Source: an uncultured delta proteobacterium
Lineage (GTDB): Bacteria; Desulfobacterota; Binatia; DP-6
Reading direction: 5' to 3'
Length of the DNA stretch: 64,000 nt
Assembly: GCA_963815115.1 (NCBI GenBank)
Contig: CAWFFN010000008.1
Location: forward strand, 384,001-448,000
Positions 7,845 to 18,883 of the stretch are shown in pieces. Each line of letters starts with the position of its first letter. Within the stretch, counting starts at the first letter, position 1. The notes beneath the pieces are model-generated. The model worked only from the letters and a program-made list of their open reading frames with translations, had not been told where the DNA came from and searched no databases. A program made the position numbers and the translations under genes.

Positions 7845-9046
7845 CCGAGCAGACGGATGACACGACGCCCACCCGGAAGCGCAAGCGCGAGCACACGGGC
7901 GTTTTCCAGCGCGGCACCGTCTGGTGGATTGCCTACTGCCATCGCGGCACCGAGATCCGCGAGAGCGTCCAGAAGGTGACCGGGAAGAACACCAGGGCGG
8001 CAGCGAAAACCTTGCTCACGAAGCGACGCCGCACCGCAGGCACGCCGGACTTCCTCGGTCCTGCAGCGGAGCGCGTGACCTACGACGACCTCGCGACGCT
8101 CTACCTGAACGATTACGGCCTGAACCGCCGCCGCTCACTCCGCGATGCGAAGCGGAACGTCGAGCAACTCCGGGCCACGTTCGGGGAGCTGCGGGCGCTC
8201 GACATCACGACCGACCGAATCGCCTGCTACACGGCGGCACGCTTGGCGGAGGGCAGGCGACCCGCGACGGTCAATCGCGAGCTGGCCGCGCTGCGGCGAA
8301 TGTTCGCGCTCGCGGTGCGCGCGGCGCTGCTCCACCACCGCCCACACATCCAGTTGCTCGTCGAGGACAACGTGCGCGAGGGCTTCCTCGAGCCGTCCGA
8401 CTTCGCTGCCCTGCGGGCGTACTTACCGGGTTGGCTCGTTCTCGCCATCGACTTTCTCTACCTGACCGGCTGGCGTCGCAGCGAAATGACGACGCTCACC
8501 TGGGCCGACGTCGACCTGCGGGTGGGCGTGATTCGCCTCCGGTCCGCCCGCAGCAAGAACAAGCGCCCCCGCGTGCTGGTCCTGCGACGCTCTCTGCGTG
8601 CCGTGCTCGAGGCGCAGGCCGCGAAACGGACGCTCGACTGCCCGCTCGTCTTCCACCGCGATGGCCTACCGCTGGGAGACTTCCGCCGCCCGTGGCGGGC
8701 CGCGTGTGCGGCAGCAGGGCTCGGCAGGCTCCTCGTCCACGACCTCCGCCGCTCCGCCATCCGCAACATGATCCGCGCCAAGGTTCCCGAGCGGATCGCC
8801 ATGGCCGCTAGCGGGCACCTCAACCGCAACGTGTTCGACCGCTACAACATCGTCAGCGAGCAAGACCTCGCGGACGCCGCCGAGCAGACGCTCGCTTACG
8901 TCGAGACCGCCAGCACGGCATCCCCGAGCGTGGTGCCGCTCACAGCCGCGCGCCGGACCCATTCAGCCGGAGAATTCGGACAATTTCCGGACAATCAGGC
9001 TCAGGCGGGGGCCGCGCCGACACCCGACGCGGCCCTAACTGCCTGA
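7841..9046 (+). CDS. Tyrosine recombinase/integrase
   Basis: TGWRRSE, SKNK, HDLRRS, SGH and RYNI catalytic motifs; adjacent to tRNA. Confidence 0.93.
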   Translation: MTEQTDDTTPTRKRKREHTGVFQRGTVWWIAYCHRGTEIRESVQKVTGKNTRAAAKTLLTKRRRTAGTPDFLGPAAERVTYDDLATLYLNDYGLNRRRSLRDAKRNVEQLRATFGELRALDITTDRIACYTAARLAEGRRPATVNRELAALRRMFALAVRAALLHHRPHIQLLVEDNVREGFLEPSDFAALRAYLPGWLVLAIDFLYLTGWRRSEMTTLTWADVDLRVGVIRLRSARSKNKRPRVLVLRRSLRAVLEAQAAKRTLDCPLVFHRDGLPLGDFRRPWRAACAAAGLGRLLVHDLRRSAIRNMIRAKVPERIAMAASGHLNRNVFDRYNIVSEQDLADAAEQTLAYVETASTASPSVVPLTAARRTHSAGEFGQFPDNQAQAGAAPTPDAALTA

Positions 9047-9048
9047 TT
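8975..9048. promoter_or_regulatory. Putative att-arm sites and IHF site
   Basis: TTCGGACAAT/TCCGGACAAT direct repeats (8975-8995); AATCAGGCAGTTA on - strand (9036-9048) fits WATCARNNNNTTR. Confidence 0.55.
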
Positions 9049-9054
9049 TCCGGA

Positions 9055-9127
<73 letters not shown>

Positions 9128-9164
9128 GCGAGGGTGGGAGCGCCAGGCGCGCCCACCCGGAAGA

Positions 9165-9241
9165 TGGGGTGAGTGAAGGGATTTGAACCCTCGACCCTCG
9201 GATCCACAATCCGATGCTCTGCCAGCTGAGCTACACTCACC
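9165..9241 (-). tRNA. tRNA-His(GTG)
   Basis: Cloverleaf with G-1, anticodon GTG and encoded CCA. Confidence 0.95.
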
Positions 9242-9280
9242 GCCGTCGTCGGCACTTGTCTCGATCGTCGTCTCTGCATG

Positions 9281-9354
<74 letters not shown>

Positions 9355-9361
9355 CCAAGCA

Positions 9362-9438
9362 TGGTCGGGGCGAGCCGATTTGAACGGCCGACCACCTGCT
9401 CCCAAGGCAGGTGCGCTACCAGGCTGCGCTACGCCCCG
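9362..9438 (-). tRNA. tRNA-Pro(TGG)
   Basis: CGGGGCGTAGCGCAGCCTGGTAGCGCACCTGCCTTGGGAGCAGG..GTTCAAATC..CCGACCA. Confidence 0.95.
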
Positions 9439-9460
9439 CCACCTCCATGAGGACCGGTCA

Positions 9461-10078
9461 CTAGCACGTGCTGCCCGGACGTCGCAATGCGGGCGACGAC
9501 ATCGAGGCGAGATGCTCGCCGAGCGCGCGGACCGCGCGGGCGCGATGGCTGATGCGGGCCTTCTCTTCCGCCGACGCGGCCGCGAACGTGCACCCCAGCT
9601 CGTCGGCGACGAAGATCGGGTCGTAGCCGAATCCGCCACCGCCGGCGGGTCTCTCGGCGATCGTGCCGTCGCAGGTGCCCTCGGCGGTGACGACGCGCCC
9701 GTCGGGCCAGGCCAGTGCCACGACGCAGCGGAAGCGGGCACGCCGATCCGTGGTGCCGGCGAGGCGCGTCAGGAGCGCCGCGATGCGCTGGGAGTCCGAC
9801 CCAGCCAGGCGCGCCGAGAGCACACCGGGCGCCCCGCGGAGCGCGTCGACCTCGAGACCCGAGTCGTCTCCCAGCGCCGGCAGCCCGGTTGCCAGGGCGA
9901 CGGCCCGCGACTTGGCGACGGCGTTCTCGACGTAGCTCGTTTCGCCCTCCGGCGGCAGCGCCACCCCTCCGGCGGAGAGGTCCCGGGTCTCGATCTCTCC
10001 CCACTCGCGAACCAGGGCGCCCAGCTCGGCGATCTTGCCCGGGTTCGCCGAGGCGAGGACGAGCCGGGGGGGGATCAC
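9461..10078 (-). CDS. rdgB: Non-canonical purine NTP pyrophosphatase (dITP/XTP)
   Basis: ASANPGK, DDSGLEV, GFGYDPIF, SHR; downstream of rph. Confidence 0.93.
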   Translation of the reverse strand: MIPPRLVLASANPGKIAELGALVREWGEIETRDLSAGGVALPPEGETSYVENAVAKSRAVALATGLPALGDDSGLEVDALRGAPGVLSARLAGSDSQRIAALLTRLAGTTDRRARFRCVVALAWPDGRVVTAEGTCDGTIAERPAGGGGFGYDPIFVADELGCTFAAASAEEKARISHRARAVRALGEHLASMSSPALRRPGSTC

Positions 10079-10830
10079 TTCGCGGCCGGCAGCCGCACGC
10101 CGGCCGCGTGGAGCGTCCGTCGCTGGAGAGTGGTCAGACGGGCCAGCCCTGCCCGGCCGACGGATACCAGCTGGCCCAGCTGGCGGTCGGTGAAGGGGTC
10201 GCCTTCGGCCGTTCCCTGCACCTCGACGAAGCGGCCCGCGCCGGTCATCACCAGGTTCATGTCCACGCCGGCACGGTGGTCCTCCTCGTAGGGTAGGTCG
10301 AGCAGGACCCGCCCGTCGACCACCCCGACGCTCACTGCGGCGACGCTGTCCGTGAGCGGCAGCCGGTCGAGTAGCCGCTGCTGCTCGAGCCGCGCCAGCG
10401 CCAGGGCGAGGGCGACGAAGCCCCCGGTGATCGACGCGCAGCGCGTGCCACCGTCGGCCTGGAGAACGTCGCAGTCGACCAGGATCGAGCGCTCGCCGAG
10501 GGCGGGGAGATCGGTCACCGCCCGCAGGCTGCGGCCGACGAGTCGCTGGATCTCGTGGGTACGACCGCCGGGTCCGCGGCGTTCGCGCTCGATCCGTTCC
10601 GGCGAGCTTCGCGGCAACATGCCGTACTCGGCCGTGACCCAGCCGGTGCCACGACCGCGCAGGAACGGCGGAACGCTCTCCTGCACCGTGGCCGTGCAGA
10701 TCACGCGGGTGGAGCCGAGCTCGATCAGGACCGAACCCTCGGCGTCCGGCAGAAAACCGGGAACCAGCCGGGCGGGACGCAGCTCCTCCGGGCGCCGTCC
10801 ATCGGCCCGCCGTCCATGGCGCTCAAGCAT
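10075..10830 (-). CDS. rph: Ribonuclease PH
   Basis: GWVTAEYGMLPRS, EIQRLVGRSLR, DCDVLQADGGTRCASITG. Confidence 0.96.
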   Translation of the reverse strand: MLERHGRRADGRRPEELRPARLVPGFLPDAEGSVLIELGSTRVICTATVQESVPPFLRGRGTGWVTAEYGMLPRSSPERIERERRGPGGRTHEIQRLVGRSLRAVTDLPALGERSILVDCDVLQADGGTRCASITGGFVALALALARLEQQRLLDRLPLTDSVAAVSVGVVDGRVLLDLPYEEDHRAGVDMNLVMTGAGRFVEVQGTAEGDPFTDRQLGQLVSVGRAGLARLTTLQRRTLHAAGVRLPAAK

Positions 10831-10939
10831 CGGCCGCAAACGACCGATGTACCTTACAAACCGCAAGCTCCATGCGGGAGCGCATAGCATGCGCTGCGCG
10901 CTTCCGCCACGTGCTCCCGCAGGCGCTCGCACAACGAGG

Positions 10940-11971
<1,032 letters not shown>

Positions 11972-12277
11972 GGCGCATCGATGCCTGCCGCGGCCGGCCG
12001 CGGCGAGCCGGCATCGGCCTTAGCGTGTGCGACCAGAGCAAGTTTTGTCCAACCGCGACGGGGTCGGATCGGCCGCGCGGTGCACCGCGTCGTCAGCCCG
12101 GGAACGGCGTCCTGACGGCGCATGCGCCATCGGCAGCAGGGGACCCTGCGCCGCAGGTAGATATCATTAGAATGTGGGCTGTGTCACCCCGAGGAAGTGG
12201 CATTGCGACGGCGGCATTACTAAGCTAAAAATCTCCTAGCCGGCGCCTTCTCTCGGCGCTCGCCAAAGGAGGGGTCC

Positions 12278-12457
12278 ATGGCTAAAGAGGACGACGTCCT
12301 CATCCAGCTCGCCACCCGCATCCCCAAGGGACTGCACCGCGAGATCAAGCTCTACTGCGTCCAGACCGGCATCTCGGTGATGGAGTTCGTCGCCTCTGCG
12401 CTCGAGGAGAAGTTGCGCAAGGCGAGCGGAAAGGGTCGCCGCTCGGCGGCTCGCTAA
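12278..12457 (+). CDS. 59-aa ribbon-helix-helix-like protein (absent from ORF track)
   Basis: AAAGGAGGGG RBS; MAKEDDVLIQLATRIPKGLHREIKLYCVQTGISVMEFVASALEEKLRK.. Confidence 0.8.
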   Translation: MAKEDDVLIQLATRIPKGLHREIKLYCVQTGISVMEFVASALEEKLRKASGKGRRSAAR

Positions 12458-12469
12458 ACCTTCCAGCGA

Positions 12470-12814
12470 TCAGGACAGGCCGCCCGAGGCCGTCACTGGT
12501 CCGACGCGCGCCAGCACCTGGCCGCGCAAACGACCGGGGTCGATCTCGAGGGTCTCGCAGATGCTGGCGAAGGCGAACACGTCGGTGTGCGCGTCGCTCA
12601 GCATCCAGCTCAGCGCTTCCCTCTCGAGCGTACGCGCACGCCCTCGTCTCGCGCCGGCGTACTTGAGGAGGGTGCGGATGCCGTCCTCCAGCACCGCGAG
12701 CAGGAGCCGACGCTCGCCTTCCGCAGGCTCCGCCCGGCTATAGACCGCTTCGAAGGACAGCGTCACCTCGGCATCATTGCGGGGCGCGCCGACCGCGACG
12801 ACGCGCGCTCGCAC
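12470..12814 (-). CDS. Hypothetical protein (ERRLLLAVLED..W..D..FAF..IC..L..DP pattern)
   Basis: Protein-like composition and a pattern recalled from an uncharacterised family; start uncertain. Confidence 0.65.
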   Translation of the reverse strand: MRARVVAVGAPRNDAEVTLSFEAVYSRAEPAEGERRLLLAVLEDGIRTLLKYAGARRGRARTLEREALSWMLSDAHTDVFAFASICETLEIDPGRLRGQVLARVGPVTASGGLS

Positions 12815-12996
12815 CCATGGCAGGGCCACGCCGTGTGCTGCGAATGCCGCTACCCACCGCCAACGCCATGGCACCCGTGCTTCGGCCTCCGCATGCCTGA
12901 TTTCCGGCAATCCGACAAGGTGGAGGACGCGGATTTTTTGCCGCCCCGCACTCGATTCCTTGCGCCGTCCACCAGGGCCCTGCTAGCCGGTCGGCG

Positions 12997-14727
12997 ATGG
13001 ACCTCAGCGAGATCGTGGCCGAACTGGGTCGATCGACCGATACGTTCGGTCGCTTCATACGCCAGCAGGCCGAGCGCATCCCCGACCGAACCGCCCTGAA
13101 GTTCGAGGCCGAGGAGGTCAGCTACGGCGCCTACGATCGCGAGGTGAACCGGGTCGCCGCCGGCCTCGCCCGGGCGGGGGTCGCCGCCGGGAGTCCGGTC
13201 GCCATCCTCTGCCTGAACAGCCCGCTCTTTCTCATCGGGCTCGGCGCGGTCGCCAAGCTCGGCGCCATCGGCGCCCTCGTCAACACCCACGTGAGCGGAG
13301 CCGGGCTCACCCATGTGCTGCGCGCCTCGGGCGCCCAGACGGGCCTGTGCGACGCTCACGCGCTTCCCGCCCTGGCCGAGGTCGCGGGCAGCCACGGCGT
13401 GCGCTTCCTGGCCGATGCGGCAGCCGGCAGCGTCCTGCCTGCCGACGTCCGGCCCCTGGACGACCTGCGGCCCGACCACGCGGCAGAGCCCGACATCCCC
13501 GACATCCGGGGACGCGACGTCTTCCTCTATATTTACACCTCGGGCACCACGGGGTACCCGAAGCCGGCAATCGTCCGGCACCTCCGCTTCACGATGGGCG
13601 GGGTGAGCCTCGCCCAGATGCTCGGGATCGAGGAGGGCGAGACGGTCTATGCCCCGCTACCGCTGTACCACGGCGAGAGCCTGTTCGTGGGCTTCGCCCC
13701 CGCCTTCCGGGCGGGAGGTGCATTCGCGTCGCGCCGCCAGTTCTCCGCCAGCACCTTCCTGGACGACGTGCGGCGGCACGAGGCCGTCGCCTTCGTCTAC
13801 GTCGGCGAGCTCTGTCGCTACCTGCTGCGCCAGCCACCGACGCCGCTCGATCGCGCGCATCGCCTGCGCGTGGCCGCCGGTGCCGGGCTCCGTCCCGACG
13901 TCTGGGCGGCCTTCCAGGAGCGCTTCGGCATCGCGCGCATCGTCGAGATGTACGGCGCCACCGAAGGCAACGTCGCCCTCCAGAATCTCGACGGGCGGGT
14001 CGGCTCCGTCGGCAAGCCGCATGCGCTCCTGGAGAACCAGGTGGCGCTGGTGCGGTTCGACCATGCCGCCGGCGACATCGTCCGCGGCGCGGACGGCCGC
14101 GCCGTCCCGTGTGCGGCCGGCGAGACCGGCGAGCTGCTGGGCAAGGTGGGGCTCGCCGGCGCCATGGAGTACGACGGCTACACCGACCGGGCGGCGACGG
14201 AGCGCAAGCTCGTGCGCGACGTCTTCGAGCGCGGAGACGCGTGGTTTCGCAGCGGCGATCTGCTGCGCCGCGACGCCGAGGGCTACTACTACTTCGTCGA
14301 CCGCATCGGCGACACCTTCCGCTGGAAGGGTGAGAACGTCGCCACGCAGGAGGTGGCCGACGTGCTGAGCGGCGCGCCGGGCGTGACGGAGAGCTGCGTC
14401 TACGGCGTGCATATCCCGGGCGAGGACGGCCGCGCCGGGATGGCCGCGATCGTCCTGGCCGAGGGAGCGACCTTCGACCCCGCCGCGTTCTACGCTCACG
14501 CGGAGCGCCATCTGCCGCGCTACGCCCGGCCGGCGCTGGTGCGGATCCTCCCCGCCGTCGACGTCACCGGCACCCTCAAGCAGCGCAAGCTCCGGCTCGT
14601 CGACGAGGGATACGACCCGGGCAAGGTGTCGGACGCGCTGCTCGTGCGCGACGACACCGCCCGCTCCTACCTTCCCCTCACCGCGGCCCGGCTGGACGAG
14701 GTGCAGACAGGGGTTCGTCGCTTGTGA
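12997..14727 (+). CDS. Long-chain acyl-CoA synthetase (FATP/FadD6-like)
   Basis: YTSGTTGYPK, YVGELCRYL, FVDRIGDTFRWKGENV. Confidence 0.92.
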   Translation: MDLSEIVAELGRSTDTFGRFIRQQAERIPDRTALKFEAEEVSYGAYDREVNRVAAGLARAGVAAGSPVAILCLNSPLFLIGLGAVAKLGAIGALVNTHVSGAGLTHVLRASGAQTGLCDAHALPALAEVAGSHGVRFLADAAAGSVLPADVRPLDDLRPDHAAEPDIPDIRGRDVFLYIYTSGTTGYPKPAIVRHLRFTMGGVSLAQMLGIEEGETVYAPLPLYHGESLFVGFAPAFRAGGAFASRRQFSASTFLDDVRRHEAVAFVYVGELCRYLLRQPPTPLDRAHRLRVAAGAGLRPDVWAAFQERFGIARIVEMYGATEGNVALQNLDGRVGSVGKPHALLENQVALVRFDHAAGDIVRGADGRAVPCAAGETGELLGKVGLAGAMEYDGYTDRAATERKLVRDVFERGDAWFRSGDLLRRDAEGYYYFVDRIGDTFRWKGENVATQEVADVLSGAPGVTESCVYGVHIPGEDGRAGMAAIVLAEGATFDPAAFYAHAERHLPRYARPALVRILPAVDVTGTLKQRKLRLVDEGYDPGKVSDALLVRDDTARSYLPLTAARLDEVQTGVRRL

Positions 14728-16264
14728 GGCGCGCCGCCTCGCCGCGCAGCGCGGCCTTGTCGACCTTGCCGCTCCCCTTGGTGGGGAGCGCGTCCTCGCG
14801 CCGGACCCACAGCCCGCGCGGTACCTTGTAGCTCGCCAGCCGGCCCCGGCAATGGGCCAGCAGCTCGTCTTCCGCGACCGGTGCCGCGAGCACGACGAAG
14901 GCGGCGACGTTCTCGCCTCGCAGGGGGTCCGGAACCGGCACGACGTATGCCGCGGCGACGGCCGGGTGCTCGAGCAACACCGCCTCGACCTCCGCCGACG
15001 CGACGTTCGCCCCCGCCGTCTTGATCACGTCCTTCAGCCGGCCGACGAAGTGCAGCGCCCCGTCGGCGTCGAGCCGGCCGAGATCTCCGGTGTGGAAGAA
15101 GCCGTCGGCATCGAGGCAGGCGCCGGGCGTCTCGCCCCAGTACCCGGTCAGCAGCTCCGGTCCCCGGACGCAGATCTCGCCCTCCGTATCGGTCGCGAGG
15201 ACCGCACCGGTGCCGGGATCGACGATGCGCAGCTCCCGCCGGCCCACCGGCGGCCCATGGCTGCCCGCGCGTCGCTCCAGCGACGCGTTCCACGGCCATG
15301 CGGCGCACAGCGGCGGCGTCTCGGTCATGCCGTACGACCCCACCGCATGATGGTCCGGCCCGTACAGAGCCGCCGCCCACTTGGTGTTGGCGCCGACGCC
15401 CTTGCGGAGCCGGAGACGGGTCGCGGCGAACCGGGGATGTGCGACGAGCGCTTCGGCCTGATGTGGCCAGGCGAAGAACACGCTCACCCGCTCCTGCTCC
15501 AGCAGACGGAGGGTTTCCCCCGGCTCGAAGACGTCCTGCAGCACCACGGCTGCGCCGCGAGACAGCGTGGTCAGCGCCACCGCCACCAGACCGCCTGCGA
15601 AGAAGAACGGCAGGTAGCCCCACGTGCGGTCGTCCGCCTCGATGCCGAGGACCGCGGCGTCACCCTCCGCGGCGAGCCGCAGCGCCGCGTGCGTGTGCAC
15701 GGCGCCCTTCGGGGCCGCCGTCGATCCCGAGGTGAACACGATGGTGGCCGGGTCGTCCTCCGCCGGACCGCTGCCCGGGTCGCCCGCTGATCCATCGAGC
15801 ACCGGCCCGAGCGCGAGCGGAGCGTCGGGCTCGAGCAGCACCACCTCGCGCAACGACCCGAAGCGGGGGGCAGCACCCCGTGTGATCCCTGGTGAGAGCG
15901 CTTCCAGGCTCGCCGCGTAGTCGTGACCCAGGAAGCCGCGGACCGCGACCAGCAGCGAGATCTCCGCGTGCTCCAGCGCATGGCCGAGCTCGCGCGGCCG
16001 ATAGAGCGTGCTGATCGGCACCAGCACGCCGCCGCACCGCCAGACGCCGAAGGCGATGGCGAGCCACTCTGGCCAGTTCGGCAGCAGGAGCCCGACCCGT
16101 GTTCCGCGCTCGACGCCGCGCGCAGCGAGAGCGCGCGCCACCCGCGTCGCGAGGTCGGCGAGCTCCCGGAAGCGCACGCGTCCGCGCGCCGAGATGAGCG
16201 CCTCGCGCCCGGCGTGGCGCCCGGCAAGCTCGTCCAGCAGCGCGGGCAGCGTCGCGGGCGTCAC
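14678..16264 (-). CDS. Class I adenylate-forming enzyme (acyl-CoA ligase)
   Basis: FTSGSTAAPKG, YGMTET, HTGDLG, GKVDK. Confidence 0.9.
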   Translation of the reverse strand: MTPATLPALLDELAGRHAGREALISARGRVRFRELADLATRVARALAARGVERGTRVGLLLPNWPEWLAIAFGVWRCGGVLVPISTLYRPRELGHALEHAEISLLVAVRGFLGHDYAASLEALSPGITRGAAPRFGSLREVVLLEPDAPLALGPVLDGSAGDPGSGPAEDDPATIVFTSGSTAAPKGAVHTHAALRLAAEGDAAVLGIEADDRTWGYLPFFFAGGLVAVALTTLSRGAAVVLQDVFEPGETLRLLEQERVSVFFAWPHQAEALVAHPRFAATRLRLRKGVGANTKWAAALYGPDHHAVGSYGMTETPPLCAAWPWNASLERRAGSHGPPVGRRELRIVDPGTGAVLATDTEGEICVRGPELLTGYWGETPGACLDADGFFHTGDLGRLDADGALHFVGRLKDVIKTAGANVASAEVEAVLLEHPAVAAAYVVPVPDPLRGENVAAFVVLAAPVAEDELLAHCRGRLASYKVPRGLWVRREDALPTKGSGKVDKAALRGEAARLTSDEPLSAPRPAGPR

Positions 16265-16377
16265 GCGCACGCCCCGGACAGGCGGCGATGGAGCGACATC
16301 GCACGCACTGTGCCCCACGCCCGCGCACGGTGTCCAGAGTTGCCCGCGGCGACCGCGACGGCGTATACGCGCCCGCG

Positions 16378-18144
16378 ATGCGACCCGGCCCGGCGCTGGC
16401 TGCTGCCTGCTTCGCGCTCGCCGCCGGTACCACCATGGCACGAACGTCTCCGCTACGCGGCGTGGTCGAGGGCTACTACGGCCGACCCTGGTCGGGCGAC
16501 GCGCGCCGCGCGGTGATCCGCTTTCTCGGGGCTCACCGCATGAACGCCTTCGTGTACGGCCCCAAGAACGATCCCTACCATCGCGACCGCTGGCGCGAGC
16601 CCTACCCCACCGAGGAGCTCACGGACCTGCGGGCGACCGCCGCCGTGGCCCGGCGCGCCGGCGTCCGGTTCGTCTATGCGCTCAGCCCGGCGCTCGACAT
16701 CTGCTACTCCTGCGACGACGACTTCGACGCGCTGGCCGCGAAGCTGGCCCAGCTGGCGCGCGCTCGCGTCCGTCGCTTCGCGCTCTTCTTCGACGACGCG
16801 CCCGAGACGCTGACGCGCGCCGGGGACGTTGCGCGTTACGGCGGCAGCGACGGCGCCGCGCTGGCGCGCGCGCACGCCGACCTGGTGAACCGTGTCGACC
16901 GCTGGCTCCGCAAGCGGCGCCTGCACGGCGTGTCCTTCATGGTGCCGACCGCCTACTCCGGCACCACGTGCCTGCCCTACCACGTCGAGATCGCCGGCGC
17001 CCTGCGCCGCGGCATCGGAGTCGGCTGGACGGGTCCGGGGGTCTTCGCGCCGCACCTCACGGCGGCCGAGGCCAGGGCCCGACGCGCGTGCGTGCGCCAT
17101 CCCGTGATCCTGTGGGACAACTTCCCGGTCAACGACGGGGTGCTCTCGAACACGCTGCACCTGGGCCCACTCACGGGCCGCGACCCGGAGCTGCCGGGAA
17201 CGCTGGGCGGCTACCTGCTGAACCCGATGACGCAGCCGCACGCGAGTCTCGTCGGCCTCGGCACCGCCGCTGCGTACCTGGAGGATCCCGCGAAGTACGA
17301 GCCGGAAGCGGCCTGGCACGACACGCTTCACCAGCTGGATCCGGCGGGCGGCCTCGCGGTGCTGGCCGAGCAGACGCGCAGCTCGCCGCTGAGCGATCCC
17401 GACTACGCCGACGCCGCGGAGCTGACCTCGGCCGTCGACCTGCTGGAGGCGAGCTACTCGACTGCCGACTGGCCCGCCGCGGTGGCGGCGCTCGAGGCCG
17501 AGGAGCAGCGACAGGCTGCGGCGCCGGCCTCGATCGCGAGCAGCCTCGGCGGCACCGCGCTGGGCGGGGAGATCGAGGCGTGGGTCGCGGAGCTCGGCGC
17601 GCACGCCGCGGCGGGGCTCGCCGCGGTCCGCCTGCTGCGCGCGATGAAGCCGTCCCTGGCATCGCTGATGACGCGGACCGAGGGCGGCGTCCTCACCATC
17701 AGCGGTCGGGCGCTGCCACCCGATGCCGCTCTCGTCGCGGCGCTGGCGCCGGCCTTCCCGCCCCCGCCTCCTCCCGACGTAGCCGGCTATCTGCGCTGCC
17801 TCGGCGACTTCCTCGGTGCCGGCATTCGCCTCTGCCCGCAGTTCGGTCTGAACGTGCACGGCAAGGCGCTCTACATCGTGCCCTTCGACATCACGGACAT
17901 CCGGATAGTCACCGGGAAGAACATTCACCAGCGTCTCATCGGGTTCGTCGCCGAGGCCCACCGGGCATGGGCAGCGCGGCAGCCAGAGACGCCCGCCGGT
18001 CTCTCGCTCACCCTCGACGGCAGGCCGGTCAGCGTCGCCCCCGACGGCTCGTTCAGCGCCACCACCCAGCGCGCGCCGGGCGGCTCTTCACGCCTCGTGC
18101 TCGAGACGTCGGCGGGCGACGCGGTCGCCGTGCAGGTGCCGTGA
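16378..18144 (+). CDS. Secreted GH84 beta-N-acetylglucosaminidase/hyaluronidase-like protein
   Basis: GVVEGYYGRPW, YGPKNDPYHR, catalytic FFDD, LWDNFPVND; hydrophobic signal peptide. Confidence 0.88.
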   Translation: MRPGPALAAACFALAAGTTMARTSPLRGVVEGYYGRPWSGDARRAVIRFLGAHRMNAFVYGPKNDPYHRDRWREPYPTEELTDLRATAAVARRAGVRFVYALSPALDICYSCDDDFDALAAKLAQLARARVRRFALFFDDAPETLTRAGDVARYGGSDGAALARAHADLVNRVDRWLRKRRLHGVSFMVPTAYSGTTCLPYHVEIAGALRRGIGVGWTGPGVFAPHLTAAEARARRACVRHPVILWDNFPVNDGVLSNTLHLGPLTGRDPELPGTLGGYLLNPMTQPHASLVGLGTAAAYLEDPAKYEPEAAWHDTLHQLDPAGGLAVLAEQTRSSPLSDPDYADAAELTSAVDLLEASYSTADWPAAVAALEAEEQRQAAAPASIASSLGGTALGGEIEAWVAELGAHAAAGLAAVRLLRAMKPSLASLMTRTEGGVLTISGRALPPDAALVAALAPAFPPPPPPDVAGYLRCLGDFLGAGIRLCPQFGLNVHGKALYIVPFDITDIRIVTGKNIHQRLIGFVAEAHRAWAARQPETPAGLSLTLDGRPVSVAPDGSFSATTQRAPGGSSRLVLETSAGDAVAVQVP

Positions 18145-18161
18145 GGGAGGAACCGCGACCG

Positions 18162-18803
18162 TCAGGGCGCGAGGACGCCGCAGCTGAAGGTGAGGCCGCT
18201 GGGTGTGTTGGGGCCGTCGATCCGCTTCAGCCCGCAGCCCAGGATCTCGATGCCGGTCTTCTCGCCCTGCAGCAGCGTGCCGAGCATCTCGCTGTTGATG
18301 CTCGTGCTCACGCGACACTCACCGCCCGCGACGACGCAGCAGCCCGTGACGGAGTCGACGTACCATTGCGGGAGGTCGAAGGTGCACGGCTTCAGCTCGC
18401 ATCGATCGGTCGTGACGCGGACGGCAGCGAGCGCGCACAGCTTGCGTCCCTCGCAGCCGGGGTTGAGGTTCTTGGCGACGAAGCTGAGACGGAAATCACC
18501 GACCGGCGTCGTCACACCGGAGGCCTTCGCGTAGCCGGACTTGAAGAACGGTCCCTGAAAGCCACACTCGGAGTCGCTACGAACCGGCGGACTGCACGCC
18601 GGAATCGCGATCGTGCTTCCCTGAGTCGTCGTGTTGGGCGAGGTGCAAGGGTCGTAGGCGGTAATCAAAGCTGCCTTGACCGACTTCGCTCGTTTCGGCT
18701 CGTCATGCTGCGCTCCCGCGCGGCGAGCCAGGAGCGGGCAGACCAGGAGGGCAATCGCAAGGGCACCCGCAACGATGGTTCTGCGACACACTACCGTAGT
18801 CAT
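18162..18803 (-). CDS. Secreted Cys-rich hypothetical protein
   Basis: GGAGG RBS, signal peptide ending AGA, many cysteines. Confidence 0.75.
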   Translation of the reverse strand: MTTVVCRRTIVAGALAIALLVCPLLARRAGAQHDEPKRAKSVKAALITAYDPCTSPNTTTQGSTIAIPACSPPVRSDSECGFQGPFFKSGYAKASGVTTPVGDFRLSFVAKNLNPGCEGRKLCALAAVRVTTDRCELKPCTFDLPQWYVDSVTGCCVVAGGECRVSTSINSEMLGTLLQGEKTGIEILGCGLKRIDGPNTPSGLTFSCGVLAP

Positions 18804-18883
18804 ACTCGAATCCCCTCCAGACACGCAGGGTTACAGTCCAGTCCCCCCCCTGTCAAGCAGTTTCCGCACCTTTGGGCCATCTT

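Larger units (their letters stand above)
1..9054. mobile_element. tRNA-Lys-integrated PICI/satellite-like integrative element (left end outside window)
   Basis: Tyrosine integrase ends 8 bp from the tRNA-Lys 3' end; Xis-like HTH, Prim-Pol, AAA+ helicase and coupled small ORFs are all on + strand; no virion genes seen. Confidence 0.85.

Noticed and set aside
12035-12055. Sigma54 promoter on - strand (TGGACAAAACTTGC)
   Set aside because: GG-to-GC spacing is 9 rather than 10 nt and no suitable downstream gene follows
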